Assembly (NCBI GenBank): GCA_902584815.1
Contig: CACIBF010000003.1
Span: forward strand, 4,500-68,499
Direction of reading: 5' to 3'
Length of the DNA: 64,000 bases
DNA from: an uncultured Pelagibacteraceae bacterium
GTDB lineage: Bacteria; Pseudomonadota; Alphaproteobacteria; Pelagibacterales; AG-422-B15
In this document: in pieces, positions 26,403-35,584 of the stretch
How the letters are laid out: each line of letters starts with the position of its first letter
Numbering within the stretch: position 1 is the first letter of the stretch
The notes under the pieces: generated by a model
Database searches by the model: none
Seen by the model: only the letters and a program-made list of their open reading frames with translations
Told to the model about the DNA's origin: nothing
Program-made: the position numbers and the translations under genes

Positions 26403-26451
26403 ATGTAAGAGATTATCCTAGAAATTCAAAAAGGCAATTAGTAAAGTTAGA

Positions 26452-26527
26452 TGGTGAGCCCGCTGAGGTTCGAACTCAGGACAACTCCCTTAAAAGGGGA
26501 GTGCTCTACCAGCTGAGCTACGGGCTC
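26452..26527 (-). tRNA. tRNA-Lys (anticodon UUU), CCA encoded
   Basis: The reverse complement folds as a cloverleaf: GAGCCCG-TA-GCTC-AGCTGGTA-GAGC-A-CTCCC-CTTTTAA-GGGAG-TTGTC-CTGAG-TTCGAAC-CTCAG-CGGGCTC-A-CCA (76 nt). The anticodon loop CT-TTT-AA gives UUU. Confidence 0.93.
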
Positions 26528-26592
26528 TTAAAAATTTAATATATATACAAATTTATATTAAAGTATACTTCTAAAAATCAATTTCAATAGAT

Positions 26593-26925
26593 TTAGACAC
26601 TAAAAGATTCACCGCATCCGCATCGCTCAGTTTCATTAGGATTCATAAATACAAAACCAGATTTGAATTTATCACTTTTAAAGTCCATTGTAGATCCTAA
26701 TAAAAACATTATTGCTGCCGGATCAATAAAAATTTTTACATCTTCATGTTCAATAAGTTCATCTTTTGGATCAGCGTTTTCAACATAGGTCATTTCGTAA
26801 GAATACCCTGCACAACCACCTTCTGAAACAGCGATTCTAACACCAATCTTATCTTTTTCTGTTTCAGATAAAATTTCTTTTATTCTTACTTTTGCATCTT
26901 CAGTTAGTGATAATACCTGTGCCAT
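26593..26925 (-). CDS. erpA: A-type Fe-S cluster carrier (ErpA/SufA/IscA family)
   Basis: 110 aa. GGCAGYSY and C-terminal CGCGESFSV. Confidence 0.9.
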   Translation of the reverse strand: MAQVLSLTEDAKVRIKEILSETEKDKIGVRIAVSEGGCAGYSYEMTYVENADPKDELIEHEDVKIFIDPAAIMFLLGSTMDFKSDKFKSGFVFMNPNETERCGCGESFSV

Positions 26926-26927
26926 AT

Positions 26928-27236
26928 TTACATCATGTCCAATTCTAATCTTGCTACATCTGACATTCTAGACATATCCCATGGAGGATCCCAAACTAAA
27001 TCAACTTTTACGTCATTTACCTCATTTACAGACTTAACAGCATTACTTACATTGATTGGCAGTTCCTCAGCAACAGGGCAATTTGGGGAAGTCAATGTCA
27101 TATCTATTAATACATTATTATCCGGGGTAACCTCACATTTATAAATGAGTCCTAGTTCGTAAATATCAACAGGAATCTCAGGATCAAATACTGTTTTAAG
27201 AGCATTTATAATTTTTTGATCAATCTCATTAGTCAT
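26928..27236 (-). CDS. sufT: SUF-associated DUF59 protein (SufT/PaaD-like)
   Basis: 102 aa. VFDPEIPVDIYELGLIY and TLTSPNCPVAE. Confidence 0.8.
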   Translation of the reverse strand: MTNEIDQKIINALKTVFDPEIPVDIYELGLIYKCEVTPDNNVLIDMTLTSPNCPVAEELPINVSNAVKSVNEVNDVKVDLVWDPPWDMSRMSDVARLELDMM

Positions 27237-27819
27237 TTTTTTTTAACAGTTTAACAAAATCTCCATATCCTTTATCAACCATTTCATCAATATGAATAAA
27301 TTTTAAGGCAGCAGAATTAATACAATATCGAAGACCCGTTTCAGTTGGACCGTCATCAAATAAATGCCCTAGATGACTATCTGCATACTGACTGCGTACT
27401 TCAATTCTCTTCATAAAAAAAGAGTTATCTTCTATCTCAATTATATCAATGCCTTCAATTGGTTTATCAAAGCTTGGCCATCCTGTACCTGAATCAAATT
27501 TATCAACTGATGCAAACAAGGGTTCTCCAGATATTACATCTACATAAATACCTAATTCTTTATGGTCCCAATATTCATTAGCAAATGGCTTTTCTGTCCC
27601 ATCTTTTAAAGCAACTCTTCTTTGTTCCTCTGTAAGTGATGCAATTGCTTCAGCTCTATCTTCTGGAGTTAATGAACACCAAAAAGGGGTATCTATAATT
27701 TCAACTTTCGTCATGTCGTATTCCTCTAAATTTACATCGGCAAAAGATCCTTTGCCATAAATAAGTTGCAAAACTATAAATATTAAAAGTAGTGCAACAT
27801 ATACTGGATATAATCTCAT
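27229..27819 (-). CDS. msrB: Peptide-methionine (R)-S-oxide reductase MsrB with an N-terminal hydrophobic anchor/signal
   Basis: 196 aa. GTEKPFANEYW, FDSGTGWPSF, HLGHLFDDGP, RYCINSAALKF. N-terminus MRLYPVYVALLLIFIVLQLIYG. Both Zn CxxC pairs are absent. Confidence 0.85.
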   Translation of the reverse strand: MRLYPVYVALLLIFIVLQLIYGKGSFADVNLEEYDMTKVEIIDTPFWCSLTPEDRAEAIASLTEEQRRVALKDGTEKPFANEYWDHKELGIYVDVISGEPLFASVDKFDSGTGWPSFDKPIEGIDIIEIEDNSFFMKRIEVRSQYADSHLGHLFDDGPTETGLRYCINSAALKFIHIDEMVDKGYGDFVKLLKKND

Positions 27820-27821
27820 TT

Positions 27822-28256
27822 TTAACTTTTTAAAGCAGATTTAAAGGCATGCCATGCCATAGTTGCACACTTAACTCTCATTGGAAAACCTCCAACACCT
27901 TTTAGGGCATATAGTGAGTCCTCCTCATTTAATACTTTGAGATCCTCACTCGACCCTGATACTAAGTTAGTGAAATCACTAAAAATCTCTTCAGCAACAT
28001 CAATTTTTTTTCCTTTTAGTTTTTCGGTCATTAATGATGCTGAGGCAAGAGATATCGCGCACCCTTCTCCAGTAAACTTTATATCTTCTATGACATCTTC
28101 GTTATTAATGTAAAAAGTTAATTTTAAATTATCTCCACATAGAGGATTATGTCCATCTGCACTTTTATTATGTGGATTACATTCACCAAAATTCCTAGGA
28201 GACTGACCATGATCAAGTATGATCTCCTGATACAATTCTTTTATTAAATCATTCAT
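27822..28256 (-). CDS. sufU: SUF-system NifU/SufU-type Fe-S scaffold or sulfur-acceptor protein
   Basis: 144 aa. HNPLCGD, GEGCAISLASAS, RVKCATMAW. Confidence 0.8.
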   Translation of the reverse strand: MNDLIKELYQEIILDHGQSPRNFGECNPHNKSADGHNPLCGDNLKLTFYINNEDVIEDIKFTGEGCAISLASASLMTEKLKGKKIDVAEEIFSDFTNLVSGSSEDLKVLNEEDSLYALKGVGGFPMRVKCATMAWHAFKSALKS

Positions 28257-29473
28257 TTAGTAAAAAAATCCCTACATTTTTTGAGAGCATTAATAAAAAT
28301 ATCAACTTCATCTTCTGTATTATACATTCCAAAAGATAATCGTGCAGTTGAATTTAAACTTAAATGTTTCATAAGAGGCTGACAGCAGTGATGCCCAGCC
28401 CTAATTGCAATTCCCTCAACATCTAAAAAAGATGAAACTTCGTGAGAATGAACATTTTTTATATTAAAGGAAATAATAGAATGTTTATTTTTATTTGCTC
28501 CATGAATATCTACGAAGTCAAGCTCTTGCATTTTATCCAGAGCATAATTAGTTAATCTAAACTCATGCTCAGATATTTCAGACATTCCTAACTCGTTGAC
28601 ATAGTCAATTGCAACACCTAAACCATAGGCTTCAACCAGGGGAGGCGTACCAGCTTCAAATTTTGCTGGTAAATCAGTAAAAGTCGCTCCATCAATTGAG
28701 ACATCGGCGATCATTCCTCCTCCTCCTTGATACGGAGGTAGTTCTTCTATTAAATTTTCTTTACCATAGAAAACCCCTACTCCAGTAGGGGCATAGAGTT
28801 TATGTCCTGAAAAAACATAGTAATCACAACCCAAATCCTTAACATCTATTGGAATATGAGCAGCTGACTGACATCCGTCAAGTAAAATTGGGATATCTTC
28901 CTTATTACATAACTTAATTATTTCTTGATTTACTATTGTTCCAAAAACATTTGATAGATGGGTAATAGAAACTAATTTTGTTTTTTCAGAAATTAAAGAC
29001 TCAAAATGCTTTTGGTCGATATTTCCATTTGAATCAATATTTGCAAATAATATTTTACATTTATATCTATCACGAATAAGAAACCATGGAATAATATTTG
29101 AATGATGTTCCATAACAGTCAAAATTATTTCATCACCTTCATTAATATATTTTGACGCAAAAGAATTTGCTATAAGGTTAATGCCTTCGGTAGCGCTTTT
29201 AGTAAATATTATTTCTCTTTCTGAGTCTGCATTAATGAATTTTTGAACTTTTTTCCTTGCATCTTCATACTTAAAAGTAGACTCAACCGAAAGTGTATGA
29301 ACACCCCTACTTACATTGGCATAATTATTAGAATAAAAACTATTAATTTCATCGATAACAACTTTTGGTTTTTGAGCTGAAGCAGCTGTATCTAAATAAA
29401 TGAGATTTTTATTATTAAGAATCTTTTTATTGAGAATTGGAAAATCTTCTCTAATTTTTTTTATATCTAACAT
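28253..29473 (-). CDS. sufS: Cysteine desulfurase SufS
   Basis: 406 aa. PLP-Lys context SGHKLYAPTGVGVFYG and catalytic Cys RAGHHCCQP. Confidence 0.92.
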   Translation of the reverse strand: MLDIKKIREDFPILNKKILNNKNLIYLDTAASAQKPKVVIDEINSFYSNNYANVSRGVHTLSVESTFKYEDARKKVQKFINADSEREIIFTKSATEGINLIANSFASKYINEGDEIILTVMEHHSNIIPWFLIRDRYKCKILFANIDSNGNIDQKHFESLISEKTKLVSITHLSNVFGTIVNQEIIKLCNKEDIPILLDGCQSAAHIPIDVKDLGCDYYVFSGHKLYAPTGVGVFYGKENLIEELPPYQGGGGMIADVSIDGATFTDLPAKFEAGTPPLVEAYGLGVAIDYVNELGMSEISEHEFRLTNYALDKMQELDFVDIHGANKNKHSIISFNIKNVHSHEVSSFLDVEGIAIRAGHHCCQPLMKHLSLNSTARLSFGMYNTEDEVDIFINALKKCRDFFTK

Positions 29474-29474
29474 T

Positions 29475-30395
29475 TTAACAATTGGCAGAAATATATTTCA
29501 TAGCTTTTTCTTGCATTTCTGCATTAGGAATTTTATCTAAAAATTCACCTAAAAATCCTTCTACATAAATTTTTTCTGCTTCATTCTGAGGAATGCCACG
29601 AGATTTGAGATAGAATATTACAGACTCATCTGGCTTACCTGAGGCAGCGCCATGAGCGCAAACAACATCATCATTATTTATTTCTAATTTAGGGATTAAG
29701 CTTATTTTTGCAAACTCGTCCATAATCAATCCTTTGCTTATCTGATTTGAAATAGTTTTGGAGCAATCATGGTCTACAAATACTTTGCCAGAAAATTTAA
29801 TATTGGAGTTTCCCCTTGAGACTGTTTTAAATGAGCAGTCTGATTTTGCTGACTTTGATAAGTGCTTTATTGATAAATCATTATTTGAATTTGTTGAATT
29901 TGAAATCATCACACCACTTCCAATATAGCTTGCATTTTCTTCATTTAGTAAAACAGTTGTTTTGTTATCCATTTCATTAGAACCATTAGAAAAATTAAAA
30001 TCTCTAAATTCGCAATTCAAAGCAAGCTCAATATTATGATTAAAAGTATTTTTTGTACTATCTTTGAATTTATTAAGTCTAAAAAATTCAAATATTGAAT
30101 TTTTATTCATTGTCGATCTAATATTAATATCAGATCCATGTTCGTAATCTGATTCATCTCTTAATTCGAGAAAACTATTCTCATTTAGTGATATTTCTAA
30201 TTCTAGATTAAATTTTTTATCTTTGACATTTGATAAATTGATCAGAAATTTTTTACTAGATTTTAAGATGTCAATTTTCCCAAAAATATGATCATTTTGT
30301 ATTTTAAAATCAATATCTACCTCACTAGAATTGTTCTCGTACTTAATCTCCTCACCAATAATAATTGAACAAATATTTTTCTCTGTGTTAGTCAT
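29475..30395 (-). CDS. sufD: Fe-S cluster assembly protein SufD (short form)
   Basis: 306 aa. C-terminal CAHGAASGKPDESVIFYLKSRGIPQNEAE..VEGFL. Position between sufC and sufS. Confidence 0.8.
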   Translation of the reverse strand: MTNTEKNICSIIIGEEIKYENNSSEVDIDFKIQNDHIFGKIDILKSSKKFLINLSNVKDKKFNLELEISLNENSFLELRDESDYEHGSDINIRSTMNKNSIFEFFRLNKFKDSTKNTFNHNIELALNCEFRDFNFSNGSNEMDNKTTVLLNEENASYIGSGVMISNSTNSNNDLSIKHLSKSAKSDCSFKTVSRGNSNIKFSGKVFVDHDCSKTISNQISKGLIMDEFAKISLIPKLEINNDDVVCAHGAASGKPDESVIFYLKSRGIPQNEAEKIYVEGFLGEFLDKIPNAEMQEKAMKYISANC

Positions 30396-30397
30396 TG

Positions 30398-31126
30398 TTA
30401 TGCATAACCCTCTTTATCAATTCTATTTGCTAGAGATTTATCACCTGATTCTACTATTGATCCATCTTGAAAAACATGAACGAAATCTGGCTCAATATAT
30501 TCAAGCAATCTTAAATAATGTGTAATTATTATAAATGAACGATTGGATGATCTTAGTTGATTTACAGCTTCTGATGTACTCTTTAAAGCATCTACATCTA
30601 ATCCAGAGTCTGTTTCATCCATGATTACTAAATTTGGATTTAAAAGATCTAATTGCAATACTTCATTCTTCTTTTTTTCTCCACCTGAAAAGCCAGCATT
30701 AACAAAACGTGAGTGCATATCCATCGGTATATTTAATATTGATGATTTTTCTTTTAATAGTTTCAAAAAATCTCCAGCCTCAATAGGATTTTCTCCACGA
30801 TGTTTTCTATGAACATTTACTATTTGCTTTAAATAAGATGCATTTGTTACGCCGGGTAACTCTATAGGATATTGAAACGCTAAAAAAAGACCTGATAAAG
30901 ACCTCTCTGATGGATCCATCTCAAGCAAGTCTTTCTCATTAAAATTAACATCACCTGAGATGATTTCATAATTTGGATTACCTGCTAAAGTATGAGCAAT
31001 TGTACTTTTTCCTGATCCATTTGGACCCATAATCGCATGTACTTCACCGCTCCCAACCTTTAATGATAAATCTCTAAGGATTTGTTTATCTTCGACAGAA
31101 ACATTTAAATTTTTTATATCAAGCAT
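30398..31126 (-). CDS. sufC: Fe-S cluster assembly ATPase SufC
   Basis: 242 aa. GPNGSGKST, FSGGEKKKNE, IMDETDSGLD. Confidence 0.93.
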   Translation of the reverse strand: MLDIKNLNVSVEDKQILRDLSLKVGSGEVHAIMGPNGSGKSTIAHTLAGNPNYEIISGDVNFNEKDLLEMDPSERSLSGLFLAFQYPIELPGVTNASYLKQIVNVHRKHRGENPIEAGDFLKLLKEKSSILNIPMDMHSRFVNAGFSGGEKKKNEVLQLDLLNPNLVIMDETDSGLDVDALKSTSEAVNQLRSSNRSFIIITHYLRLLEYIEPDFVHVFQDGSIVESGDKSLANRIDKEGYA

Positions 31127-31128
31127 AA

Positions 31129-32571
31129 TTATCCAATACTTCCCTCAAGACTAATATTTACTAACTTTTGAGCTTCAACGGCAAACTCCATTGGTAGCTT
31201 TTGAAGAACTTCTTTACAAAAACCATTGACTATTAAACCTTGCGCATCTTCTGCTGTCATGCCTCTTTGCATTACATAAAAAAGCTGATCATCACTTATT
31301 TTTGATGTGGTAGCTTCGTGTTCAATTGAAGAGTCATTTGAACTGTTCTCTGTCAATGGAATCGTATGAGCACTGCATTTGTCACCAACAAGGAGAGAGT
31401 CACACTGCGTAAAATTTTTAGCATTTTTAGCTTTTCTATGGAAGTTTACGAGTCCTCTGTAAGTATTAGATGATTTGCCTGCAGATATCCCTTTTGAAAT
31501 TATTCTACTTTTGGTATTTTTGCCAAGGTGTATCATCTTCGTACCAGTATCGGCTTGCTGAAAATTATTTGTTATTGCTACAGAGTAAAATTCTCCTCTT
31601 GAGTTGTCCCCTTTTAAAATACAGCTTGGATATTTCCAGGTAATTGCTGAGCCCGTTTCGACTTGAGTCCAAGAAATTTTTGAATTGTCCCCTTTACAAA
31701 GACCTCTTTTGGTAACAAAATTGTATATACCACCAACACCATTTTCATCACCTGGATACCAATTTTGGACGGTTGAGTATTTTATTTCTGCATTTTTAAG
31801 GGCTATAAGTTCAACGTTGGCAGCATGAAGTTGATTTTCATCTCGCATTGGAGCAGTACATCCCTCTAAATAGCTAACATAGCTATCTTCATCTGCAATA
31901 ATCAGTGTTCTCTCAAACTGTCCTGTTTCTGATGCATTTATTCGAAAATATGTAGATAGCTCCATAGGGCATCTGACGCCCTTTGGAATATATACAAAAG
32001 ACCCATCGCTAAACACTGCCGAATTTAATGTAGCATAATAATGATCTGTTATTGGAATTACACTTCCTAAATATTTTTTTACTAGCTCAGGGTATTTTTT
32101 TATCGCTTCAGAAATTGGGCAAAAGATAACCCCAATCTCATCCAATTTATCTTTAAAAGTAGTGGCAACTGAAACACTATCAAATACAGCATCAACTGCA
32201 ACGCCAGCTAAAACTTTCTGTTCTTTTAGTGGAATACCAAGTTTTTCATAAGTTTCTAATAACTTAGGATCAACTTCATCAAGTGACTTAGGCTTTTCTT
32301 TAAAATTTTTTGGAGATGCATAGTAATAAAGATCTTGAAAATCAATATCGTCAAATTTAGCTTTTACCCACTTTGGAGGATTCATATGTTGAAGTCTTTC
32401 AAATGCTTTAAGTCTCCATTCAAGCATCCATTCTGGCTCTTCTTTTTTCTTAGAAATTAATTTAACCACATCTTCATTTAAGCCTTTAGGAATCTTTTCA
32501 CTTTCAATGTCAGTGACAAATCCATACTTATACTTAATTTGTTTAAAATTATCTTTATTAACTTTATTCAT
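31129..32571 (-). CDS. sufB: Fe-S cluster assembly scaffold SufB
   Basis: 480 aa. Highly conserved blocks ([52 protein letters not shown]). Confidence 0.93.
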   Translation of the reverse strand: MNKVNKDNFKQIKYKYGFVTDIESEKIPKGLNEDVVKLISKKKEEPEWMLEWRLKAFERLQHMNPPKWVKAKFDDIDFQDLYYYASPKNFKEKPKSLDEVDPKLLETYEKLGIPLKEQKVLAGVAVDAVFDSVSVATTFKDKLDEIGVIFCPISEAIKKYPELVKKYLGSVIPITDHYYATLNSAVFSDGSFVYIPKGVRCPMELSTYFRINASETGQFERTLIIADEDSYVSYLEGCTAPMRDENQLHAANVELIALKNAEIKYSTVQNWYPGDENGVGGIYNFVTKRGLCKGDNSKISWTQVETGSAITWKYPSCILKGDNSRGEFYSVAITNNFQQADTGTKMIHLGKNTKSRIISKGISAGKSSNTYRGLVNFHRKAKNAKNFTQCDSLLVGDKCSAHTIPLTENSSNDSSIEHEATTSKISDDQLFYVMQRGMTAEDAQGLIVNGFCKEVLQKLPMEFAVEAQKLVNISLEGSIG

Positions 32572-33008
32572 TACTGATTTAATCCTAAAAAGTTATTCTC
32601 TTTATTTAGTGCAATATCTGATAAAGCAACTGAATCTAAATAATTTTCGATAAGTGACTCTAGATCCTCTAGAAAGTGATGAGTGATGCATTTTTCATTT
32701 TTTCCAGTACAAAATTTTGACGGATCATTACTACATCCTGTTGCTCTAATATTTTCTTCAACACCATTGATAATTTCAGAAATTTTTATTTTATTGGGTG
32801 CTTTCGATAAGTTATATCCACCACCAGGACCTTTGATACTGAATACTAAATTAGATTTTTTTAATTTATTAAATATCTGTTCAAGGTAAGATAAGGATAT
32901 ATTTTGCCTCATCGATATATCAGTTAAATTACATGGTTTATCAGAACCATTCTTAGCTAGATCAACCATTGCTTGGACAGCGTATCTACTTTTTGTGCTT
33001 AATTTCAT
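32571..33008 (-). CDS. iscR: Rrf2-family transcriptional regulator, IscR-like
   Basis: 145 aa. [18 protein letters not shown] wHTH start. Cluster-ligand-like C-x7-C-x6-C-x2-H ([21 protein letters not shown]). Confidence 0.85.
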   Translation of the reverse strand: MKLSTKSRYAVQAMVDLAKNGSDKPCNLTDISMRQNISLSYLEQIFNKLKKSNLVFSIKGPGGGYNLSKAPNKIKISEIINGVEENIRATGCSNDPSKFCTGKNEKCITHHFLEDLESLIENYLDSVALSDIALNKENNFLGLNQ

Positions 33009-33011
33009 CGA

Positions 33012-33683
33012 TTAATCTCTCAATCTTTCTTCTAATTTAGACAAACGCTCTTTTAATAGTTCATTATCATGCTCTAATTTTCTTACTCTTGCTGTTCTAC
33101 TATCATCTTCTCCACTCATTCCATAAGCCATAAATTCAATATTGCTTTTATCACCTGAAACAGTGTATCTAGCTGGATTACCAACTACACTTTTATTCAT
33201 TTCAACATCTTTAGTTACAACTGAGTTTGATCCTACTTTAACATTTTCACCAATCGTAACTGGTCCAAGTATTTGTGCTCCAGAACCTATAATTACATTA
33301 TCACAAATCGTTGGGTGTCTTTTTTTGTCCTTTTGACTTTCGCTATTTTCACTTGGAGAAACTCCTCCCAAAGTTACTCCATGATACAGAGTTACATTTT
33401 TTCCAATTTCAGCTGTTTCACCGATAACAATACCCATTCCATGATCTATAAATAAAAATTTTCCTATTTTGGCAGCAGGATGAATTTCAATACCAGTCAA
33501 TAAACGTCCCAAATAAGATATTATTCTAGCTAGGAAACTAAGCTTAATTGACCATAAAAAATTGGATATTTTATAAAATCCTATTGCATGCAATCCTGGA
33601 GAGGTAAAAAAGGTCTCTAATCGGCTCTTAGCGGCGGGATCTCTACTATTATAAGAATCTATTAAATTAATAAAATGCAGCAT
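33012..33683 (-). CDS. cysE: Serine O-acetyltransferase (short form) with a coiled-coil-like C-terminal extension
   Basis: 223 aa. [14 protein letters not shown], left-handed beta-helix hexapeptides [51 protein letters not shown]. Tail [25 protein letters not shown]. Confidence 0.85.
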   Translation of the reverse strand: MLHFINLIDSYNSRDPAAKSRLETFFTSPGLHAIGFYKISNFLWSIKLSFLARIISYLGRLLTGIEIHPAAKIGKFLFIDHGMGIVIGETAEIGKNVTLYHGVTLGGVSPSENSESQKDKKRHPTICDNVIIGSGAQILGPVTIGENVKVGSNSVVTKDVEMNKSVVGNPARYTVSGDKSNIEFMAYGMSGEDDSRTARVRKLEHDNELLKERLSKLEERLRD

Positions 33684-33787
33684 ATTTAAAAAAAGTCTTG
33701 TGTTTCACACACCAAATTATGTATACCAAACAACTGAGTACTTATAATACCTTACTAAATTAGTCAACTATTAGATAATCTCAATTT

Positions 33788-34450
33788 ATGAACAATCAAG
33801 TGAAAGAAATCATTTTTAGCGGCCCCGAGGGGAAACTAGAAGGAAAATACAAAAAAGGTCAATCTCTTAACCCTCCTATAGCATTATTGCTTCATCCACA
33901 TCCATTATATGGAGGCACTATGAATAATCCTATAGTAATGGAACTTTACAATATTTTTGACTCATTTGGCTTTTCAATATTTCGTTTTAATTTTAGGGGT
34001 GTTGGAAAAAGTGAAGGAAAGTTTGATAATGGTCTTGGAGAGTTAGCCGATGCTGCTGCTGCCCTTGACTGGCTTCAACGACAGAATCCAAATACGAATC
34101 AGTGCTGGGTAAGTGGATTTTCATTTGGGGCACTCATGTGCATGCAATTATTAATGAGAAGGCCTGAGATCACTCGCTTTATTAGCATTTCTCCTCAACC
34201 AAACTTGTATGACTTTAATTTCCTCGCGCCATGTCCAGCTTCTGGAATTATTCTTCATGGAAAAAAAGATGAGCTTGTCCCTGTTGAAGAAACTCAGAGA
34301 CTTGCGCAGAAATTACAATCTCAAAAAAATATCACTGTTGAATATGAAGAAATCAGTGGAGCTAATCATTTTTATGATAATGAAGTTCACAAACTTAATA
34401 AAATACTTTGTTCTTACATTGAAAAAGAACTTAATTCTCGATTTAGATAA
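33788..34450 (+). CDS. Alpha/beta hydrolase (COG2945-like)
   Basis: 220 aa. LLLHPHPLYGGTMNN, RFNFRGVGKSEG, nucleophile elbow GFSFGA, late HF. Confidence 0.7.
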   Translation: MNNQVKEIIFSGPEGKLEGKYKKGQSLNPPIALLLHPHPLYGGTMNNPIVMELYNIFDSFGFSIFRFNFRGVGKSEGKFDNGLGELADAAAALDWLQRQNPNTNQCWVSGFSFGALMCMQLLMRRPEITRFISISPQPNLYDFNFLAPCPASGIILHGKKDELVPVEETQRLAQKLQSQKNITVEYEEISGANHFYDNEVHKLNKILCSYIEKELNSRFR

Positions 34451-35528
34451 CTTTTCCTCCAATTGTTGCTTTGGCAACACCTGTAGTTTGAGGATAAGTT
34501 ATTGGTAATTTTTTTAATCTTCTTATACCTAAATATGCAAATGCTTGTGCTTCTATAAAATCTTCATCTATGCCAAGATCTTTTGCCCGTAAAGTATTAG
34601 TATTAATCTTATCTTTGATGCGTCTCATGAGATGATCATTTTTTACACCCCCACCCATACAAATTAAATTATCTACTCTGGATTTACTATACATCATGCT
34701 TCTTTTTATGCACTCAGCAGTAAATTCAACTATTGATGTGCAGGCGTCATAATATGATAATTTTAAAAATCTTGACTTATTAAAATAATTTTTATCAAGT
34801 GACTTTGGTGGATCTTTTTTAAAAAAATTGTCTTTCATTAGAGAGATAATTAGATTTTTATTAACTTGTCCTTTAGAGCTATCAACTCCGTTCTTATCAT
34901 AAAACTTTTTTTTCTTATGAAAGACATAATCATTTAAAATTGCCATTCCTGGCCCTACATCAAAGGCGCTAATTATTTTATTATTTTCAATAATTGTAAT
35001 ATTAGAAACTCCTCCAATATTTAAAAAAGCATTAGTTCCACTTAATGAAAGATTATTATTCACTAATTTATGAAAAACTGGCACTACTGGTGCCCCCTGT
35101 CCTCCATACTTAAGGTCATTTTGTCTAAAGTCATAAACAATGTGAGAATTAAATTCTGATTTAATCAATTCGGCGTTACATAATTGAATTGAAATTTTTT
35201 TATAGGGATCGTGAAATATTGTCTGACCATGCAGAGAGATTAGATCAATTTTTGAGTGGTTAGATTTATTAAATTTTTTAATAGCATCAATATAAGACTT
35301 GGTAACTCTGTCCTGTATTTGTATTATTCGAGATGAATAAATACTCAATTTATTTATATTGTTTGTAAGATCATTGAGATCTTCAACTAAATCACTGTTG
35401 TATTTGATATACTTAGAACTCAAAACATCAAATTTACTTATACCATCACTTTGAATCAGAGAAAGATCAATACCATCATTTGATGTTCCACTCATAATTC
35501 CAAGAGATAAATATCTGTTTTTTTTCAT
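34443..35528 (-). CDS. anmK: Anhydro-N-acetylmuramic acid kinase
   Basis: 361 aa. GIMSGTSNDGIDL, GQTIFH, NIGGVSN, DVGPG, GGGVKN. Confidence 0.85.
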   Translation of the reverse strand: MKKNRYLSLGIMSGTSNDGIDLSLIQSDGISKFDVLSSKYIKYNSDLVEDLNDLTNNINKLSIYSSRIIQIQDRVTKSYIDAIKKFNKSNHSKIDLISLHGQTIFHDPYKKISIQLCNAELIKSEFNSHIVYDFRQNDLKYGGQGAPVVPVFHKLVNNNLSLSGTNAFLNIGGVSNITIIENNKIISAFDVGPGMAILNDYVFHKKKKFYDKNGVDSSKGQVNKNLIISLMKDNFFKKDPPKSLDKNYFNKSRFLKLSYYDACTSIVEFTAECIKRSMMYSKSRVDNLICMGGGVKNDHLMRRIKDKINTNTLRAKDLGIDEDFIEAQAFAYLGIRRLKKLPITYPQTTGVAKATIGGKVI

Positions 35529-35584
35529 AAATATAGAATTTCTGAGTTTATATATTTAATACATAGTATATTAATATTACTTAT

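Noticed and set aside
17486-26451. A classical integrase-mediated genomic island at tRNA-Lys.
   Set aside because: There is no integrase, excisionase, transposase or phage gene in the block. By eye I found no repeat of the GC-rich tRNA 3' segment, which would stand out in this AT-rich DNA. It is kept only as a 'flexible region' hypothesis in the findings.
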